The notes: generated from the letters alone by a model not told the origin. Shown: positions 49,202 through 60,493, numbered from the stretch's first letter. The stretch is 64,000 bases of DNA from Gemmatimonadales bacterium (GCA_035501775.1 DATJVM010000046.1:36244-100243); one strand, 5' to 3'. Translations and numbers: made by a program.

Positions 49202-51529
49202 CTACTGCTTGGCAGTCGTTTCCAGCAGGTCTCCCACCACACTCACCAGGTCGCGCGGCAGGAAGGGGCGCGGCAGGACCCCGGCTCCAATGGCGCGGCA
49301 ATGGGCGGCGAGGTCGGCATCGGCCGTCGTCACCACGACACGGGGGCCGCCGTTCGTGCTCAGCTCTTCCATCAGGAGGCGGCGTCCGTCCGCCGACATC
49401 GCGCCATCCACGATGACCAGGGTCCACAGCCGCGCGTCTGCCTGTTCCAAGGCGTCCCCCGGTGTCCGCACCACCTGCACGGCATAGCCCGCCGGCTCGA
49501 ACAGGGCCCGCACCACCAGCTCCGCTCCGGGATCCGTATCCACCAGCAGAACGGCGCGTGCCTGTGCCCCCGAGAGGCGCTGCCCGGTGGGAGGTGTCTG
49601 CCGGTCCGCATCGCCAAAGAGGGGCAGGCTGAACCAGAACTCCGCCCCCCGCTCCGCGTCGGGCGCCGGGCGGTAGGCGAGCCGCCCACCGTGGGATTCG
49701 ATGATCCGGTAACTGAGGGAGAGACCGAGGCCCGTGCCTTCCCCGGGTTCTTTGGTAGTGAAGAACGGAGTAAAGAGCTGGGAAACCAGCTCCTCGGGGA
49801 CACCCCCGCCCGAATCCCGCACCCGCACCACCGCCTGCCCCTGCTCGGCCGAAGAGAGCAGCGACACCCGTCGCGGCATCCCGTCCGGCAGCCCGCGCAC
49901 CGCCTGCACGGCGTTGTTGACCAGGTTGAGGATGACCTGCTGCAGCTCGTCACGGTTGCCCCGAACCGGGAGTGGGCCGTCCGCGAGCGACTCGGCCAGC
50001 TCGATGCCGCGCAGATGCAGCTCGTAGGTCACGACCTGCGCGGTGCGGGCGAGCACGTCGTTCAGGTCCACCGTGCCTTTCCCGGGCGAGCCCTTGCGGG
50101 CGAACGTGAGCAGGTTCCGCACGATCCGGCCGGCACGGTCCGCCTGCTCCTGGATGACGCGCAGGTGTTCCCGCTCGGACTTGGGAATCCCGGGCTGCTC
50201 CTGGAGCAGCTCCGACAGGCCCGCGATCGACGTGAGAGGGTTGTTGAGTTCGTGCGCGACACCCGAGACCAGCTGGCCGACCGCGGCCAGCTTCTCGCTC
50301 TGAATGAGCTGCGCCTCCAGGGCCCGCTGCTCGGTCACGTCCTCGATGAGGACGACTACCGCGGCATCGAGCGCCGGCTCCCCGAGCGGCGCCGCCGTCA
50401 ACCGGAGCACGCGGCCGATGGCCGCGCTCCGCACAGTGAGCGGCGCGATCCGCTCCCCCCGGCGCGCGGCTCCGATCAGGCGATCCTCGGCCTCGAGCTC
50501 GCCAACCACCAGCGGCCAGAAGAGCTGACCGAGGAGCGCCGCCGCCGAGCGGTTGAGGAGGCGCGCCAACCCCTGGTTGGCGCGCGCGATCCGGCCCCGC
50601 CCGTCCAGAACGGCGATCCCCTCCGTCAGGGCGTTGAAGGCCGTCTCCCATTCCTCCTTGGCCTGGCGCACCATCTCGAAGAGACGGCTGTTGGCCATGA
50701 CTACCGCCACGTGCGTCGCGACCGTGGACAGGAGCCAGAGGTCTTCGGCGCTGAACGACCCCTGCCGACGGTTCGCCACCGCCAGGACCCCCATCGTGAG
50801 GCCATGAGCCCGGAGGGGCGCCGCCGCGCCGGTGAGCACCGGGACGCCCGGCAGCAAGTGTACCGGGTCGACCTCACTGCCGTTCGTCACCTCGATCCGT
50901 TCGGTGGAATGGGCTCGCAGGAGGAGGCTGGGGGTCCGGTCCGTGACCTGGTGCCCCTGCGCCGCGGCCAGTGAGCCCTCGGCCGCGGCGATCAGCAGGC
51001 TGCTGTCCTGCGCTGCGGGCAGGGCGACCGCCGCTCCTTCCGCGTTCAGGAACCGCATGACATAACGCGCCACCTGTCCCGCGATGCGCTCGCTCTGCAG
51101 GGACTCGGCCAGCACATAACTCAGTTCCTGCAGGGAGAAGATCTCGTTGATCCGCCGATCGACCTGCCGGGCAAGCCCCCGTCGCTCTTCCTCCAGCGCC
51201 CGTACGCGTCGATTGGTGAGCGACAGCTGCAGCGCCACCGCGCTGAAGCAGCACAGGGCCGCGAAGGCCGGCCACCAGCCGCGTGAGCCGCTGACGGCGG
51301 TCAGCAACGCCGCTAGGACGCCGGCGAGGAGGTGAACGTAGGGAAGCCAGACGCGGCGCTCCCGCCCGGCGACCCACAGCGCACCCCCTCCCAGCGCGAG
51401 CGTCAGGAAGAGTGGCACCCGGATCGGCCACGCCGCGCCGGCGCCTATCGCAGCCACCAGCCAGGCGGCTGATGGAAGCTGGGCCAGCAACGCCCCGCGA
51501 CTGGTACCGCGCAGAACGGTCAAGGCCAC
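49202..51529 (-). CDS. Membrane-anchored GAF-PAS sensor histidine kinase with C-terminal receiver-like domain
   Basis: N-terminal TM helices, GAF, PAS, H-box [10 protein letters not shown], and HATPase N/G boxes ([19 protein letters not shown]). The tail is REC-like (VLLVDTDPG...). Confidence 0.85.
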   Translation of the reverse strand: MALTVLRGTSRGALLAQLPSAAWLVAAIGAGAAWPIRVPLFLTLALGGGALWVAGRERRVWLPYVHLLAGVLAALLTAVSGSRGWWPAFAALCCFSAVALQLSLTNRRVRALEEERRGLARQVDRRINEIFSLQELSYVLAESLQSERIAGQVARYVMRFLNAEGAAVALPAAQDSSLLIAAAEGSLAAAQGHQVTDRTPSLLLRAHSTERIEVTNGSEVDPVHLLPGVPVLTGAAAPLRAHGLTMGVLAVANRRQGSFSAEDLWLLSTVATHVAVVMANSRLFEMVRQAKEEWETAFNALTEGIAVLDGRGRIARANQGLARLLNRSAAALLGQLFWPLVVGELEAEDRLIGAARRGERIAPLTVRSAAIGRVLRLTAAPLGEPALDAAVVVLIEDVTEQRALEAQLIQSEKLAAVGQLVSGVAHELNNPLTSIAGLSELLQEQPGIPKSEREHLRVIQEQADRAGRIVRNLLTFARKGSPGKGTVDLNDVLARTAQVVTYELHLRGIELAESLADGPLPVRGNRDELQQVILNLVNNAVQAVRGLPDGMPRRVSLLSSAEQGQAVVRVRDSGGGVPEELVSQLFTPFFTTKEPGEGTGLGLSLSYRIIESHGGRLAYRPAPDAERGAEFWFSLPLFGDADRQTPPTGQRLSGAQARAVLLVDTDPGAELVVRALFEPAGYAVQVVRTPGDALEQADARLWTLVIVDGAMSADGRRLLMEELSTNGGPRVVVTTADADLAAHCRAIGAGVLPRPFLPRDLVSVVGDLLETTAKQ

Positions 51530-51535
51530 AGGCCC

Positions 51536-52174
51536 CTAGGGTTTGCGGCCAGCGGAATCGGTCTGGCTCGCCTGGTAGCGCGAGAGAATGCGGGAGCGCT
51601 CACGCAGAATCACGGGGACGATGTCCTTCCAGGCGGTCGACTCCGTGCCCGCATAATCGACGTCGAACTCCTCGAAGATGGGGAGCGCGAGTTCGAACAC
51701 GTAGATCGCCGAGGCCTGCTCGCGCAGGTGAAGCTGGTGGCTCGAGAAATTGACGGTGAGAGGAATGATGGCCGCCGGGCGATAGTACTGGTTCCGGTAC
51801 AGCAGGCTCAGGTTCTGGGGGTCGAACCGTGCATCGCGGCGCAGGGCGAAGAACGAGACCAGCGCTAGCCCGGGCGTCGAGATCCCAGCGTCCTGCGTCG
51901 CGGAATCGATCTGGGCCTGCCGGCTCACCACCAGCCCATGCAGGGACGCATAGGCGTCCTTGCCCACCATCCGGATCGCTCGCTCATCGAGCGGCAGGAA
52001 GCGCACCTGGAGATCGCCGGCCGTGAACAGGATGCTGATCTGGTCCTGGTTCAAGGCACCGTACCCTGCTGGCAGATCGATGACCTGCGAGGTGTCCTGC
52101 GCACTCGCGGGCCCGCCCCCCAGGGCCGCCTCGAGGGCCAGGGGCACCGCCACCATCGCCGCCCAGGATCTCAC
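51536..52174 (-). CDS. Hypothetical secreted protein
   Basis: ORF 51536..52441. GTG at 52174 is preceded by AGGAGGG at 5-6 nt spacing and overlaps the engB stop. Signal-like MVAVPLALEAALGGGPASA. I recognised no family. Confidence 0.4.
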   Translation of the reverse strand: MRSWAAMVAVPLALEAALGGGPASAQDTSQVIDLPAGYGALNQDQISILFTAGDLQVRFLPLDERAIRMVGKDAYASLHGLVVSRQAQIDSATQDAGISTPGLALVSFFALRRDARFDPQNLSLLYRNQYYRPAAIIPLTVNFSSHQLHLREQASAIYVFELALPIFEEFDVDYAGTESTAWKDIVPVILRERSRILSRYQASQTDSAGRKP

Positions 52175-52818
52175 GGGGGACCCTCCTTCGTGGGGGCCAC
52201 GGCCAACAAGCTCTCGCCCAGCTCGCCGAGCCCTTCGCCGCTGGTACTGCTCGTAAGCTGGAGCTGTTCCTCCGGGAGCGCCAGCATGGCCTGGAGCGCC
52301 TGCAGTCGCCGACGCCGTTGGGCAAAGGGCAGCTTGTCCGCCTTGGTGAGGGCCACGAGAACCGGGAGTCCGCGGGCCGCCAGAGCATCGCCGTGGGCCA
52401 GGTCCTCGCGCGTCGGGTCGTGACGGATATCGAGCAGCCACAGGACGGCCGTGAGGGTCTTTCTCCGGACCAGGACATCCTGAATCAGGCGCTGGTAGCG
52501 GCGTTGCTCGCCCTGGGAGACCCTGGTGAAACCGTACCCCGGCAGGTCCAGCAGGTACAGGGTCGGGAGCTCGAAGACGTTGATGAAGGCGGTGCGACCG
52601 GGGCGGCCACTCACCCGCGCCAGCGACCGCCCCAGCAGCGCGTTGAGGAGACTCGACTTCCCCACGTTAGACCGGCCGAGGAGCGCGATCTCGGGGCGGG
52701 CCGGGCTGAGCCGGTGGGTCGCGTCCGGGAAGCTGCCGACGAACCGGACGGGGAGGTGCGCCAGAGGGGCCGTGCTTTCCTGCGCGGGGGCATACACCGA
52801 AGGGCGGGAGGTGCGCAT
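52171..52818 (-). CDS. engB: Ribosome biogenesis GTPase YsxC/EngB
   Basis: ORF 52171..53004, ATG at 52818. G1 GRSNVGKSSLLNAL, G3 DLPGYG, G4 TKADK. Confidence 0.9.
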   Translation of the reverse strand: MRTSRPSVYAPAQESTAPLAHLPVRFVGSFPDATHRLSPARPEIALLGRSNVGKSSLLNALLGRSLARVSGRPGRTAFINVFELPTLYLLDLPGYGFTRVSQGEQRRYQRLIQDVLVRRKTLTAVLWLLDIRHDPTREDLAHGDALAARGLPVLVALTKADKLPFAQRRRRLQALQAMLALPEEQLQLTSSTSGEGLGELGESLLAVAPTKEGPP

Positions 52819-52937
52819 GGTCCGCTGATCGATCCCGGGAGAGCTTCCGGCGAGAAGCGATGCGAGGGATCTCCGGCGGGCCGTCCCCGGAGATCCCTCG
52901 GTTGCGGCGTGATCACTCGGCCGCGCCCCGCCGCGAG

Positions 52938-54182
<1,245 letters not shown>

Positions 54183-54265
54183 GCGCCCGGGACCCGTGGT
54201 CTTAGTGTAACGGGAGGAGAGTGCAGGGAATCATGCCCCGTCCCTCCACCCCCGTCAAGGGACCG

Positions 54266-54874
54266 TCACTTCGCCGGCTGAATCTCGGTCCGCTTCGTGA
54301 TGACATTGTCGATGAGCCCGTATTCGCGGGCCTCCTCCGCCGACATGAACCGGTCGCGGTCCATGTCGCGCTCGATCGTCTCGACCGGCTGGCCCGTGTG
54401 CTGCGCGTAGAGTCCGTTGAGCTTGGAGCGCAGATAGAGAATCTCCCGCGCCTGGATCTCGATGTCGGCCGCGGTCCCCTGCGCCCCGCCTGACGGCTGG
54501 TGGATCATGATTCGTGAGTGAGGCAAGGCGCTGCGCTTGCCCCTGACGCCCGCCGCGAGCAGGAAGGAGCCCATCGAGGCCGCCATCCCCATGCAGATGG
54601 TGTTCACCGGGGCCTTGAGGTACTGCATCGTGTCGTAGATCGCGAGTCCGCTGGAAACGATCCCGCCCGGCGAGTTGAGGTAGAGATAGATGTCGCGCTC
54701 GGGATTGTCTGCCTCCAGAAACAGCAGCTGCGCGATCACGATATTCGCCACGTCATCGTTGATCGGCGCGCCGAGGAAGACAATCCGGTCCATCAGCAGC
54801 CGCGAGAAGATGTCGTAGGACCGCTCGCCGCGGCTCGACCGCTCGATGACGTAAGGAGGATATAGAGTGGCCAT
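54266..54874 (-). CDS. clpP: ATP-dependent Clp protease proteolytic subunit
   Basis: [11 protein letters not shown], active-site Ser context [14 protein letters not shown]. Confidence 0.97.
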   Translation of the reverse strand: MATLYPPYVIERSSRGERSYDIFSRLLMDRIVFLGAPINDDVANIVIAQLLFLEADNPERDIYLYLNSPGGIVSSGLAIYDTMQYLKAPVNTICMGMAASMGSFLLAAGVRGKRSALPHSRIMIHQPSGGAQGTAADIEIQAREILYLRSKLNGLYAQHTGQPVETIERDMDRDRFMSAEEAREYGLIDNVITKRTEIQPAK

Positions 54875-54882
54875 GCGTGGCC

Positions 54883-56130
54883 TCAGGCCTCGACAACTGT
54901 GGATTGGGCGAGGAGCCAGGCGAATGCCTTCTCCTCCGTGATGGACCGCTCCAGCTCGCGGAGGCGGCCCGCCTTCTCGAGCTGACTGTACAACTGTCCC
55001 GCGGAAACGTGCCGCTCCTGGGCCAGGGACGAAACCCGCTCGTCCAGCTCGGCCTCGGTGGCCGCCAGCTTCTCCCGCTCGACCACGGCGTCGAGTACCA
55101 GCTCCCGGCGCACCTGCTGCTCGGCCACGGGGCGGAACTCGCCCTGGAACGTCTCGAACTGTTCCGCCGGAATCTTGTACGCCTCCATGTAGCCCCGCAC
55201 CAGCCGTGTCACCAGCGACGCCGGTGCCGGCACCGCGTTGGCCGCGTAAAGCTGCTGCAGCAGCTCCTGGCGCACCCCGGCGTCGGCCGAGGCCTTCGCC
55301 TCCGCCTCCAGGTCCTCGCGGAGCCGCGCCCGGAGCGCATCCACCGTTTCGAAATCTCCCACCGCGCGGGCGAAGGCATCGTCCAGGACCGGGAGCTCCT
55401 GCCGCTTGACCTCGTGCAACGTGATCCGCACTCGCCGGGACTGGCCGCGGCGGCTCTCGTCCGGGTGATCGTCAGGGAAACGGACGTCGGTGTCGACCGT
55501 TTCGCCCGGTCCCATCCCCATCACTTTCTCTTCGATGTCTGGCAGGGCGCGGCCCTCGCCCAGCACCACCGTGTATGGCTGCGGCGGACCCAGCGTCTCG
55601 CCATCGTACGAGGCGACCTCGAGACGCACCAGCTGGCCGGGGGACGGCCGCTCCCCTTCAACCGGCAGCCAGGACGCCTGACGCTCGCGCAGGTCCCGGA
55701 GCTTCTCCTCAACGTCCTCGTCCGTCACCGCCTTCACCTGGCGCCGAATGGTGAACCCGCCGGTCCGGCTCAGGGAGACGTCGGGACGCACCTCCACGTG
55801 GAACTCGAATTCGAGAGGCTTCCCCTCCTCGAACTTGAGATCGTGGATGTGCGGCTCCGCGATTGGCTTGAGGTCCTGGGCCTTGAGGGCCGTGTCCCAG
55901 CTCTCGCGGATCAGTTCCTCCAACACGCTCTGCCGGATTGCCTCGCCAAACCGACGCCGGACAACCGCCTCCGGGGCCTTGCCTGGCCGAAAACCGGGCA
56001 GCCTGGCCCTCTGACTATAGTATCGGACGGCCTTGGTCTCGGCCTGCAGGATCCGGTCCAGTGGAACCGTTACCTGCAAGGACTTGGAGGCGGCGTCTTC
56101 CTTTGTTTTGACGATTGAGATGTCCGACAT
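54883..56130 (-). CDS. tig: Trigger factor
   Basis: ORF 54883..56139, ATG at 56130. Ribosome-binding motif GFRPGKAP, in conserved tig-clpP-clpX order. Confidence 0.95.
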   Translation of the reverse strand: MSDISIVKTKEDAASKSLQVTVPLDRILQAETKAVRYYSQRARLPGFRPGKAPEAVVRRRFGEAIRQSVLEELIRESWDTALKAQDLKPIAEPHIHDLKFEEGKPLEFEFHVEVRPDVSLSRTGGFTIRRQVKAVTDEDVEEKLRDLRERQASWLPVEGERPSPGQLVRLEVASYDGETLGPPQPYTVVLGEGRALPDIEEKVMGMGPGETVDTDVRFPDDHPDESRRGQSRRVRITLHEVKRQELPVLDDAFARAVGDFETVDALRARLREDLEAEAKASADAGVRQELLQQLYAANAVPAPASLVTRLVRGYMEAYKIPAEQFETFQGEFRPVAEQQVRRELVLDAVVEREKLAATEAELDERVSSLAQERHVSAGQLYSQLEKAGRLRELERSITEEKAFAWLLAQSTVVEA

Positions 56131-56241
56131 GGGCGGCAATCTACCCGGGCCTGTCCCCGGGGGTCAAATGAACCTGCCCGGTTGCCGATAGTGGGAAGGA
56201 GGTGGAGTGGGGCTGCTTAACCCTTTGCTTGAGAACGACCT

Positions 56242-56643
56242 GTGACCACAGTCCTCCTCGTCGATGATGAGCCCTCCATGCGGCGGGCACTTCGGGGGCT
56301 CTTCGAGCGCGCGGGGTTCGCGGTAGCAGAAGCGGCCTCGGGTGAGGCGGCTTTGGCTCAGCTTGCCAAGGGCTCGCCGGCGGACGCCGTGGTGATCGAT
56401 GTGCTCATGCCCGGGCTCAACGGGGTAGAGCTCTATGACCGGCTCCGGGAGACGGCTCCGGCCCTGGCTAATCGCGTGGTCTTCCTCACCGGGGCCGCCC
56501 GGGACCCCCGGGTCCACGGGCCGATCGAGCAGCGGGGTGTTCCCCTGATCTCGAAGATGGACGATCTCAGACTGGTGGTCGACGCGGTACGCCTTTCCGT
56601 AGTCCGGCAGTCTGGATCGTTCTCGGCCGGCGGCGGCGCCTGA
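56242..56643 (+). CDS. Stand-alone response regulator receiver protein
   Basis: 133 aa: VLLVDDEPSMRR...VIDVLMPGLNG...LTG. No output domain. Confidence 0.8.
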   Translation: MTTVLLVDDEPSMRRALRGLFERAGFAVAEAASGEAALAQLAKGSPADAVVIDVLMPGLNGVELYDRLRETAPALANRVVFLTGAARDPRVHGPIEQRGVPLISKMDDLRLVVDAVRLSVVRQSGSFSAGGGA

Positions 56644-56648
56644 CGGGA

Positions 56649-57863
56649 CTATTCCACGACTACGGTGCCGGTCTGGCGCTCGAACTCGTCAGTCTGCACC
56701 GGGGCCCCGGCAGGAGGATGCCATGGGCCGCCATCGGCGCGGATCTCCAGGGAGTGCATTCCGGCGGCGATCACGAAGTGATTGTGCCAGACACACCCGC
56801 TCAGGTAGCGTAGCTCCACCGGGCGCCAATCGGTGAAATCGCCTCTCACCTCCAGCACGCGCGGGCGATCCGTTGCCGGCTCGCAGACCTGAAGGTCGAT
56901 CACGTCGCCGGAGAGGCGGTGGTATTGAACCCCGTGCACCTGAGCCTCGCGGAGCTCCACGTGGCTCGACGGCCTGCCGAAGGATGCCCGGAAGGAAAAG
57001 CGAAAGAACTTCGTAGCGGGGATCTGGAACGCAAAATCGGGCGGGCTTGTCCCTACCGCTGCGTTGAAGCCGAGTCGTGGGGAGAACCACCAGGTGGCAT
57101 CGGCCGCCCACCAGTCGTTCCTCACGGTCACCTGCTGCGCGGCATTGACCCCGGTGAGGAGGTTGGTGGTGGCCGCGCCCGTCGTCCCCCACCGCCGCCC
57201 TGCGGCCACGCTCAGCTCGATTGCCTGTGTAGTCCAGTGCGCCCAGATGCCAAGATCGGTGGTGCGTTGGTAGCGGCGTTCCTGTGCCAGGGTGTCGGGC
57301 GGGCCGGCGAGTGTATCCGCGAAAGGCCCCTTGGGTACAAGCGGGTTGGTTCCTGTCTGCTGCGATCCCTGCACCTGCACCGCGATCGACCCGATGCGGC
57401 TCCACACCGCGCCGCCCCACCTTGTGGTGGGCCCGATCTGACCATTGCCGCCAGCGAGCTCGAGCCATCCGCCGCCCCGGCCGCCTCCGACGTGGAGGCG
57501 CCCGCCGGCGCTCCACAGGGCACCGCTCGATCCGACATCTCCGTTCCAGGTACGGAGCGCCCCGGTGGCCTCGAACAGGAACGGGCCGCGGCGGCGGACG
57601 AACTGGGAGACCTCGCTCAGGCTCCCCACGCCCGAGGGTGCTGTCGCTCCGCTCCTGGCCCCGCCGTCGATGCTGAGGCGCAGGTCCTTCCTCTGGAAGC
57701 TGAGTGACGGAAGGAGGGTGAGGAGCGACGCCATGCCGTTCCGGAGGCCTGTGGCCGCGCCGAGCCCCAGGTCGACCCCACCCCCGACCTGGGCGAGCGC
57801 GGGAGTGCGCGCGGTGGCGACGAGGGCCATGCCGAGGAACCAGGCCCGGTAACGGCTAGTCAC
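56649..57863 (-). CDS. Secreted protein with Gly-rich beta-rich N-terminal region and C-terminal glycogen-binding/E-set (CBM48-like) domain
   Basis: Signal MALVATARTPALAQ, and C-terminal VRGDFTDWRPVELRYLSGCVWHNHFVIAAGMHSLEIRADG. Last gene of the ECF operon. Confidence 0.45.
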   Translation of the reverse strand: MTSRYRAWFLGMALVATARTPALAQVGGGVDLGLGAATGLRNGMASLLTLLPSLSFQRKDLRLSIDGGARSGATAPSGVGSLSEVSQFVRRRGPFLFEATGALRTWNGDVGSSGALWSAGGRLHVGGGRGGGWLELAGGNGQIGPTTRWGGAVWSRIGSIAVQVQGSQQTGTNPLVPKGPFADTLAGPPDTLAQERRYQRTTDLGIWAHWTTQAIELSVAAGRRWGTTGAATTNLLTGVNAAQQVTVRNDWWAADATWWFSPRLGFNAAVGTSPPDFAFQIPATKFFRFSFRASFGRPSSHVELREAQVHGVQYHRLSGDVIDLQVCEPATDRPRVLEVRGDFTDWRPVELRYLSGCVWHNHFVIAAGMHSLEIRADGGPWHPPAGAPVQTDEFERQTGTVVVE

Positions 57864-58483
57864 GGGCGCTCCGGTGAGGCCTCGCCTGGCGCGTGTTCCG
57901 GCGCCGGCGGCAGCGGGCGAGGCCGGTCCGCTCCGTCGCGACCCAGCCGGTCACGGAGGCGCAGAAACTGGGCGTCGCTGGCTCCGTTCGAGGCCATGTC
58001 GCGAACCGAGCTCCAGACCTGGCTGGCCGGAACCCCGTCGCTCAGCAGGTCTGCGAGGACACTGAGCGGGACAAAGAGCGATCGGTTAGGGCGGAGCGTG
58101 CGCAGGGTATGCACCGAGCCTGGATCGGCCCCGGCCCGGAGGGCGGCGGCCCCGGCTACGAGCTCCGCCTCCGAGGCCTCGTTCCCGAGGGCCTGGCGCG
58201 CCGTATCCATTCTGGCGAGCAGTCCCCCCACGGCCACCATGATTCGCGAGGAGTCGGCCCCCTTGCTCTCGCCCTCCAGGGCCTTCTGGATGAGAGGCTC
58301 CGTGGGGAGTCTCAAGCGGGCCGCGCTGTCCACTAGGCGCTGCACTTCGACGGCCGTGCCGTGAGGGAGCCGAGCCGCCAGCCGTGCCTCTTGCCCAAGG
58401 AGCGGCGGGGAGGGGGCCCCGAGCAGGATCAGCACCGGGCAGAGCCAGGGTACGAACCGGCGGACATCCCTATCAGTTGGCAA
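57860..58483 (-). CDS. Hypothetical exported helical protein
   Basis: Signal-like VPWLCPVLILLGAPSPPLLG. It overlaps both neighbours by 4 and 11 nt. I recognised no family. Confidence 0.4.
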   Translation of the reverse strand: MPTDRDVRRFVPWLCPVLILLGAPSPPLLGQEARLAARLPHGTAVEVQRLVDSAARLRLPTEPLIQKALEGESKGADSSRIMVAVGGLLARMDTARQALGNEASEAELVAGAAALRAGADPGSVHTLRTLRPNRSLFVPLSVLADLLSDGVPASQVWSSVRDMASNGASDAQFLRLRDRLGRDGADRPRPLPPAPEHAPGEASPERP

Positions 58484-58955
58484 CGGTGATCACCGAAGTC
58501 GGGGTGTTGAAGTCGTTGTCCGCTCTTGGCGTGGCGGCGTCAGGCGCCCAGTGCCGCCCATCCAGCAGATAAGCGTAGCGATATCTCCCCGGCCTGAGAC
58601 GGAGGGTCACCGACCACTCGCCGTCGAGATCGGTAAGCGGGTCTGCCGCGGGGTTCCAGTCGTTGAAGTCCCCCACCACAGCAACGGCCCTCGAGCCGGG
58701 CGCCCGAAGCTCGAAGCGGATGGGGAGCGTCTCCCGCCTGCCGGGCAGACGGAGGCTGAGCCCGAGAACCAGCGCCGCCGCCACCACGGCGCTCGCGATG
58801 GCCCATCTTCGCCAGCGCCGGTCGCGCGCGAGTCCGGCCAATGCCGCTTCGACCGCTCGGCTCTCCGGAACGCGCGCGGACCGGAGCTCGCGCACCAGCG
58901 CTTCCAGCAGCGGGCTCGAGTCCCGGTCGTCGTCGACATCAACCATGGTAGACAT
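58473..58955 (-). CDS. Single-pass anti-sigma-like protein with extracytoplasmic CBM48/AMPK-beta-type glycogen-binding domain
   Basis: TM WAIASAVVAAALVLGLSL, then VAVVGDFNDWNPAADPLTDLDGEWSVTLRLRPGRYRYAYLLDG. Overlaps the ECF sigma stop by 17 nt. Confidence 0.55.
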   Translation of the reverse strand: MSTMVDVDDDRDSSPLLEALVRELRSARVPESRAVEAALAGLARDRRWRRWAIASAVVAAALVLGLSLRLPGRRETLPIRFELRAPGSRAVAVVGDFNDWNPAADPLTDLDGEWSVTLRLRPGRYRYAYLLDGRHWAPDAATPRADNDFNTPTSVITVAN

Positions 58956-59478
58956 CCTTGAGCAGATCGCGGAGCCGCTCGCAGGCGCGGTTCACCCGCA
59001 TCTTGAGCGCCGAGATCGATGCACCCGTGAGCGCGGCGATCTCCTCATAGCTCAGCTCCTCGACGTGCTTGAGCAGAAAGGCCTCCCGCTGGTCCGGCGC
59101 CAGACGACTCAACGCGCGGTCGATCTCCTCGCGCCAAAGTCCGGCTTCGCTCAGGTCAGGGCCGCCGGCACGTTCCAGTGCGTCACGTGCCGGCGAGTCT
59201 CTTACCACGGCGTCGCGCCGCGCCAGGCGGGTCCGACACCGGTTCATCAGGATCGAAAGCAGCCAGGCCTGGAAGCGTTCCGGGTGTCTGCACTGGCTGA
59301 TCGATCGGTACGCCCGCATCAGCGCGTCCTGCAAGGCATCTTCGGCGTCCGCCGCGTCACCCAGCAGGTGATAAGCCAGGCGCTCGAGGCGCTGGCGATG
59401 TCGCGTCACGAGCTCGGCATAGGCCGTGAGATCTCCGCCACGGACCCGTCCCACCAGCTCCGCGTCGCTCGCGCTCAT
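58939..59478 (-). CDS. ECF-type RNA polymerase sigma-70 factor
   Basis: Region 2 (DAEDALQDALMRAY) and region 4 (LKHVEELSYEEIAALTGASISALKMRVNRA). Confidence 0.9.
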   Translation of the reverse strand: MSASDAELVGRVRGGDLTAYAELVTRHRQRLERLAYHLLGDAADAEDALQDALMRAYRSISQCRHPERFQAWLLSILMNRCRTRLARRDAVVRDSPARDALERAGGPDLSEAGLWREEIDRALSRLAPDQREAFLLKHVEELSYEEIAALTGASISALKMRVNRACERLRDLLKDVYHG

Positions 59479-59636
59479 GGAATATGGACCCCGTTACGCG
59501 GGAGTAGGTCACACTGGACGGCGGCGGAGCCGAGTGACGTCTCGCCCTGTTAGGGGGTCAGTACGGTGGATCCGGCGGATCGGTTGCGGGCCGGAGCCGG
59601 CACTCTCATCTTTGGGTCCAAAAGCGAGGTTGACGC

Positions 59637-60278
59637 ATGCGGAGCGAGCACGTAGCGCTGGTCGCGCTCGGATTGTTGAGCGCCTGTGGTCCGGATGCCG
59701 CGGCACCGACGGGAGGCCTGGGGCGGAGGGTAGAGGGCGGCACCCTGGTGGAGGGAACGGCGTTCGGGCTCACCCCGCCGCCGGACAGCGTCGAGATCGG
59801 GGTCCCCAACGCGCAAGTGGTGTTCATGAGGGTCGGAGATCTTCCCCCGGATTCCGGCGGTATCAACCCGGACTCCGGCACCACCAATCCCAATCCGCCT
59901 GATTCGGGTGGCATCAACCCGGACTCCGGCACCATCAACCCCAATCCGCCCGAATCGTTGACGGTGCATGCCGTGCGGCAGGTCGCCATTCATGGCGGCT
60001 CGATTCTCCCCCTGGACACCCTGCCGCCCGACAGCGGCGGCACCCCGCCCCCGCCCCCGCCGCCCCCGTTCGGGTGCGGCCATGTCGGTGATACCCTCGC
60101 GATTACCGTGACCGGGAGCGACGGTGGCTTCAAGCAGGCCGATCTGCCGGAGGGTCTCTATGACATCCAGGTGGCCGCGAAGCCCGGGTCCGGTTACGGG
60201 GTCGGGTTCGCCTGCAGTCAGGCGGTCCGGGCGGGCTCGCCGCTCAAGGTCTCGATCTGGATGCCCCCGCGGCCCTAG
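59637..60278 (+). CDS. Lipoprotein with Pro/Asp/Ser/Gly/Asn tandem repeats and a small beta-sandwich-like C-terminus
   Basis: Lipobox ALGLLSAC, repeats PPDSGGINPDSGTTNPN, then a poly-Pro run and GSDGGFKQADLPEGLYDIQV (carboxypeptidase-regulatory-like). Confidence 0.55.
   Translation: MRSEHVALVALGLLSACGPDAAAPTGGLGRRVEGGTLVEGTAFGLTPPPDSVEIGVPNAQVVFMRVGDLPPDSGGINPDSGTTNPNPPDSGGINPDSGTINPNPPESLTVHAVRQVAIHGGSILPLDTLPPDSGGTPPPPPPPPFGCGHVGDTLAITVTGSDGGFKQADLPEGLYDIQVAAKPGSGYGVGFACSQAVRAGSPLKVSIWMPPRP
59847..59960 (+). repeat. In-frame 51-nt tandem repeat (2.2 copies) inside the lipoprotein gene
   Basis: 59847-59897 and 59898-59948 are near-identical and encode PDSGGINPDSGT(T/I)NPNP. A partial third copy follows. 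Confidence 0.85.
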
Positions 60279-60290
60279 CCGCGGAACGCC

Positions 60291-60314
60291 GAGGGCCCCT
60301 CGAGAGGGGCCCTC
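60291..60314. terminator. GC-rich palindromic hairpin between the lipoprotein gene and the tRNA fragment (possible bidirectional terminator)
   Basis: GAGGGCCCCTC (60291-60301) is the reverse complement of GAGGGGCCCTC (60304-60314). Flanking T-tracts are weak. Confidence 0.4.
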
Positions 60315-60325
60315 AGCGATTTGCA

Positions 60326-60375
60326 TGCGAACGCCGGGACTCGAACCCGGACGGGTTGCCCCACAGGATCCTAAG
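60326..60375 (-). other. 3-prime half of a tRNA-Leu(UAG)-like gene (anticodon loop to discriminator base) with no 5-prime half: putative att core/junction
   Basis: The minus strand reads CTTAGGA-TCCTG-TGGGGCAACCCGTC-CCGGGTTCGAGTCCCGG-CGTTCGC-A. That is anticodon loop, 3-prime anticodon stem, long variable arm, T-arm and acceptor 3-prime strand. The complementary acceptor strand (GCGAACG) and D-arm are absent upstream. Confidence 0.7.
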
Positions 60376-60493
60376 AAACGCTTCACGCTGTGACTAGACG
60401 TGACTCGGTTGGAAGCGGATGACTTAGACGTCGGAACTAGTGCCTAGTTGTGACAGGGAGTGACACCGGCGCTGCATTGGGGTTGCATTCCCT

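Noticed and set aside
60326-60410. A complete tRNA-Leu gene.
   Set aside because: The T-arm, variable arm and acceptor 3-prime strand are perfect. However, the complementary 5-prime acceptor strand (GCGAACG), D-arm and 5-prime anticodon stem are absent from the upstream 80 nt. I therefore called it a fragment or att site.
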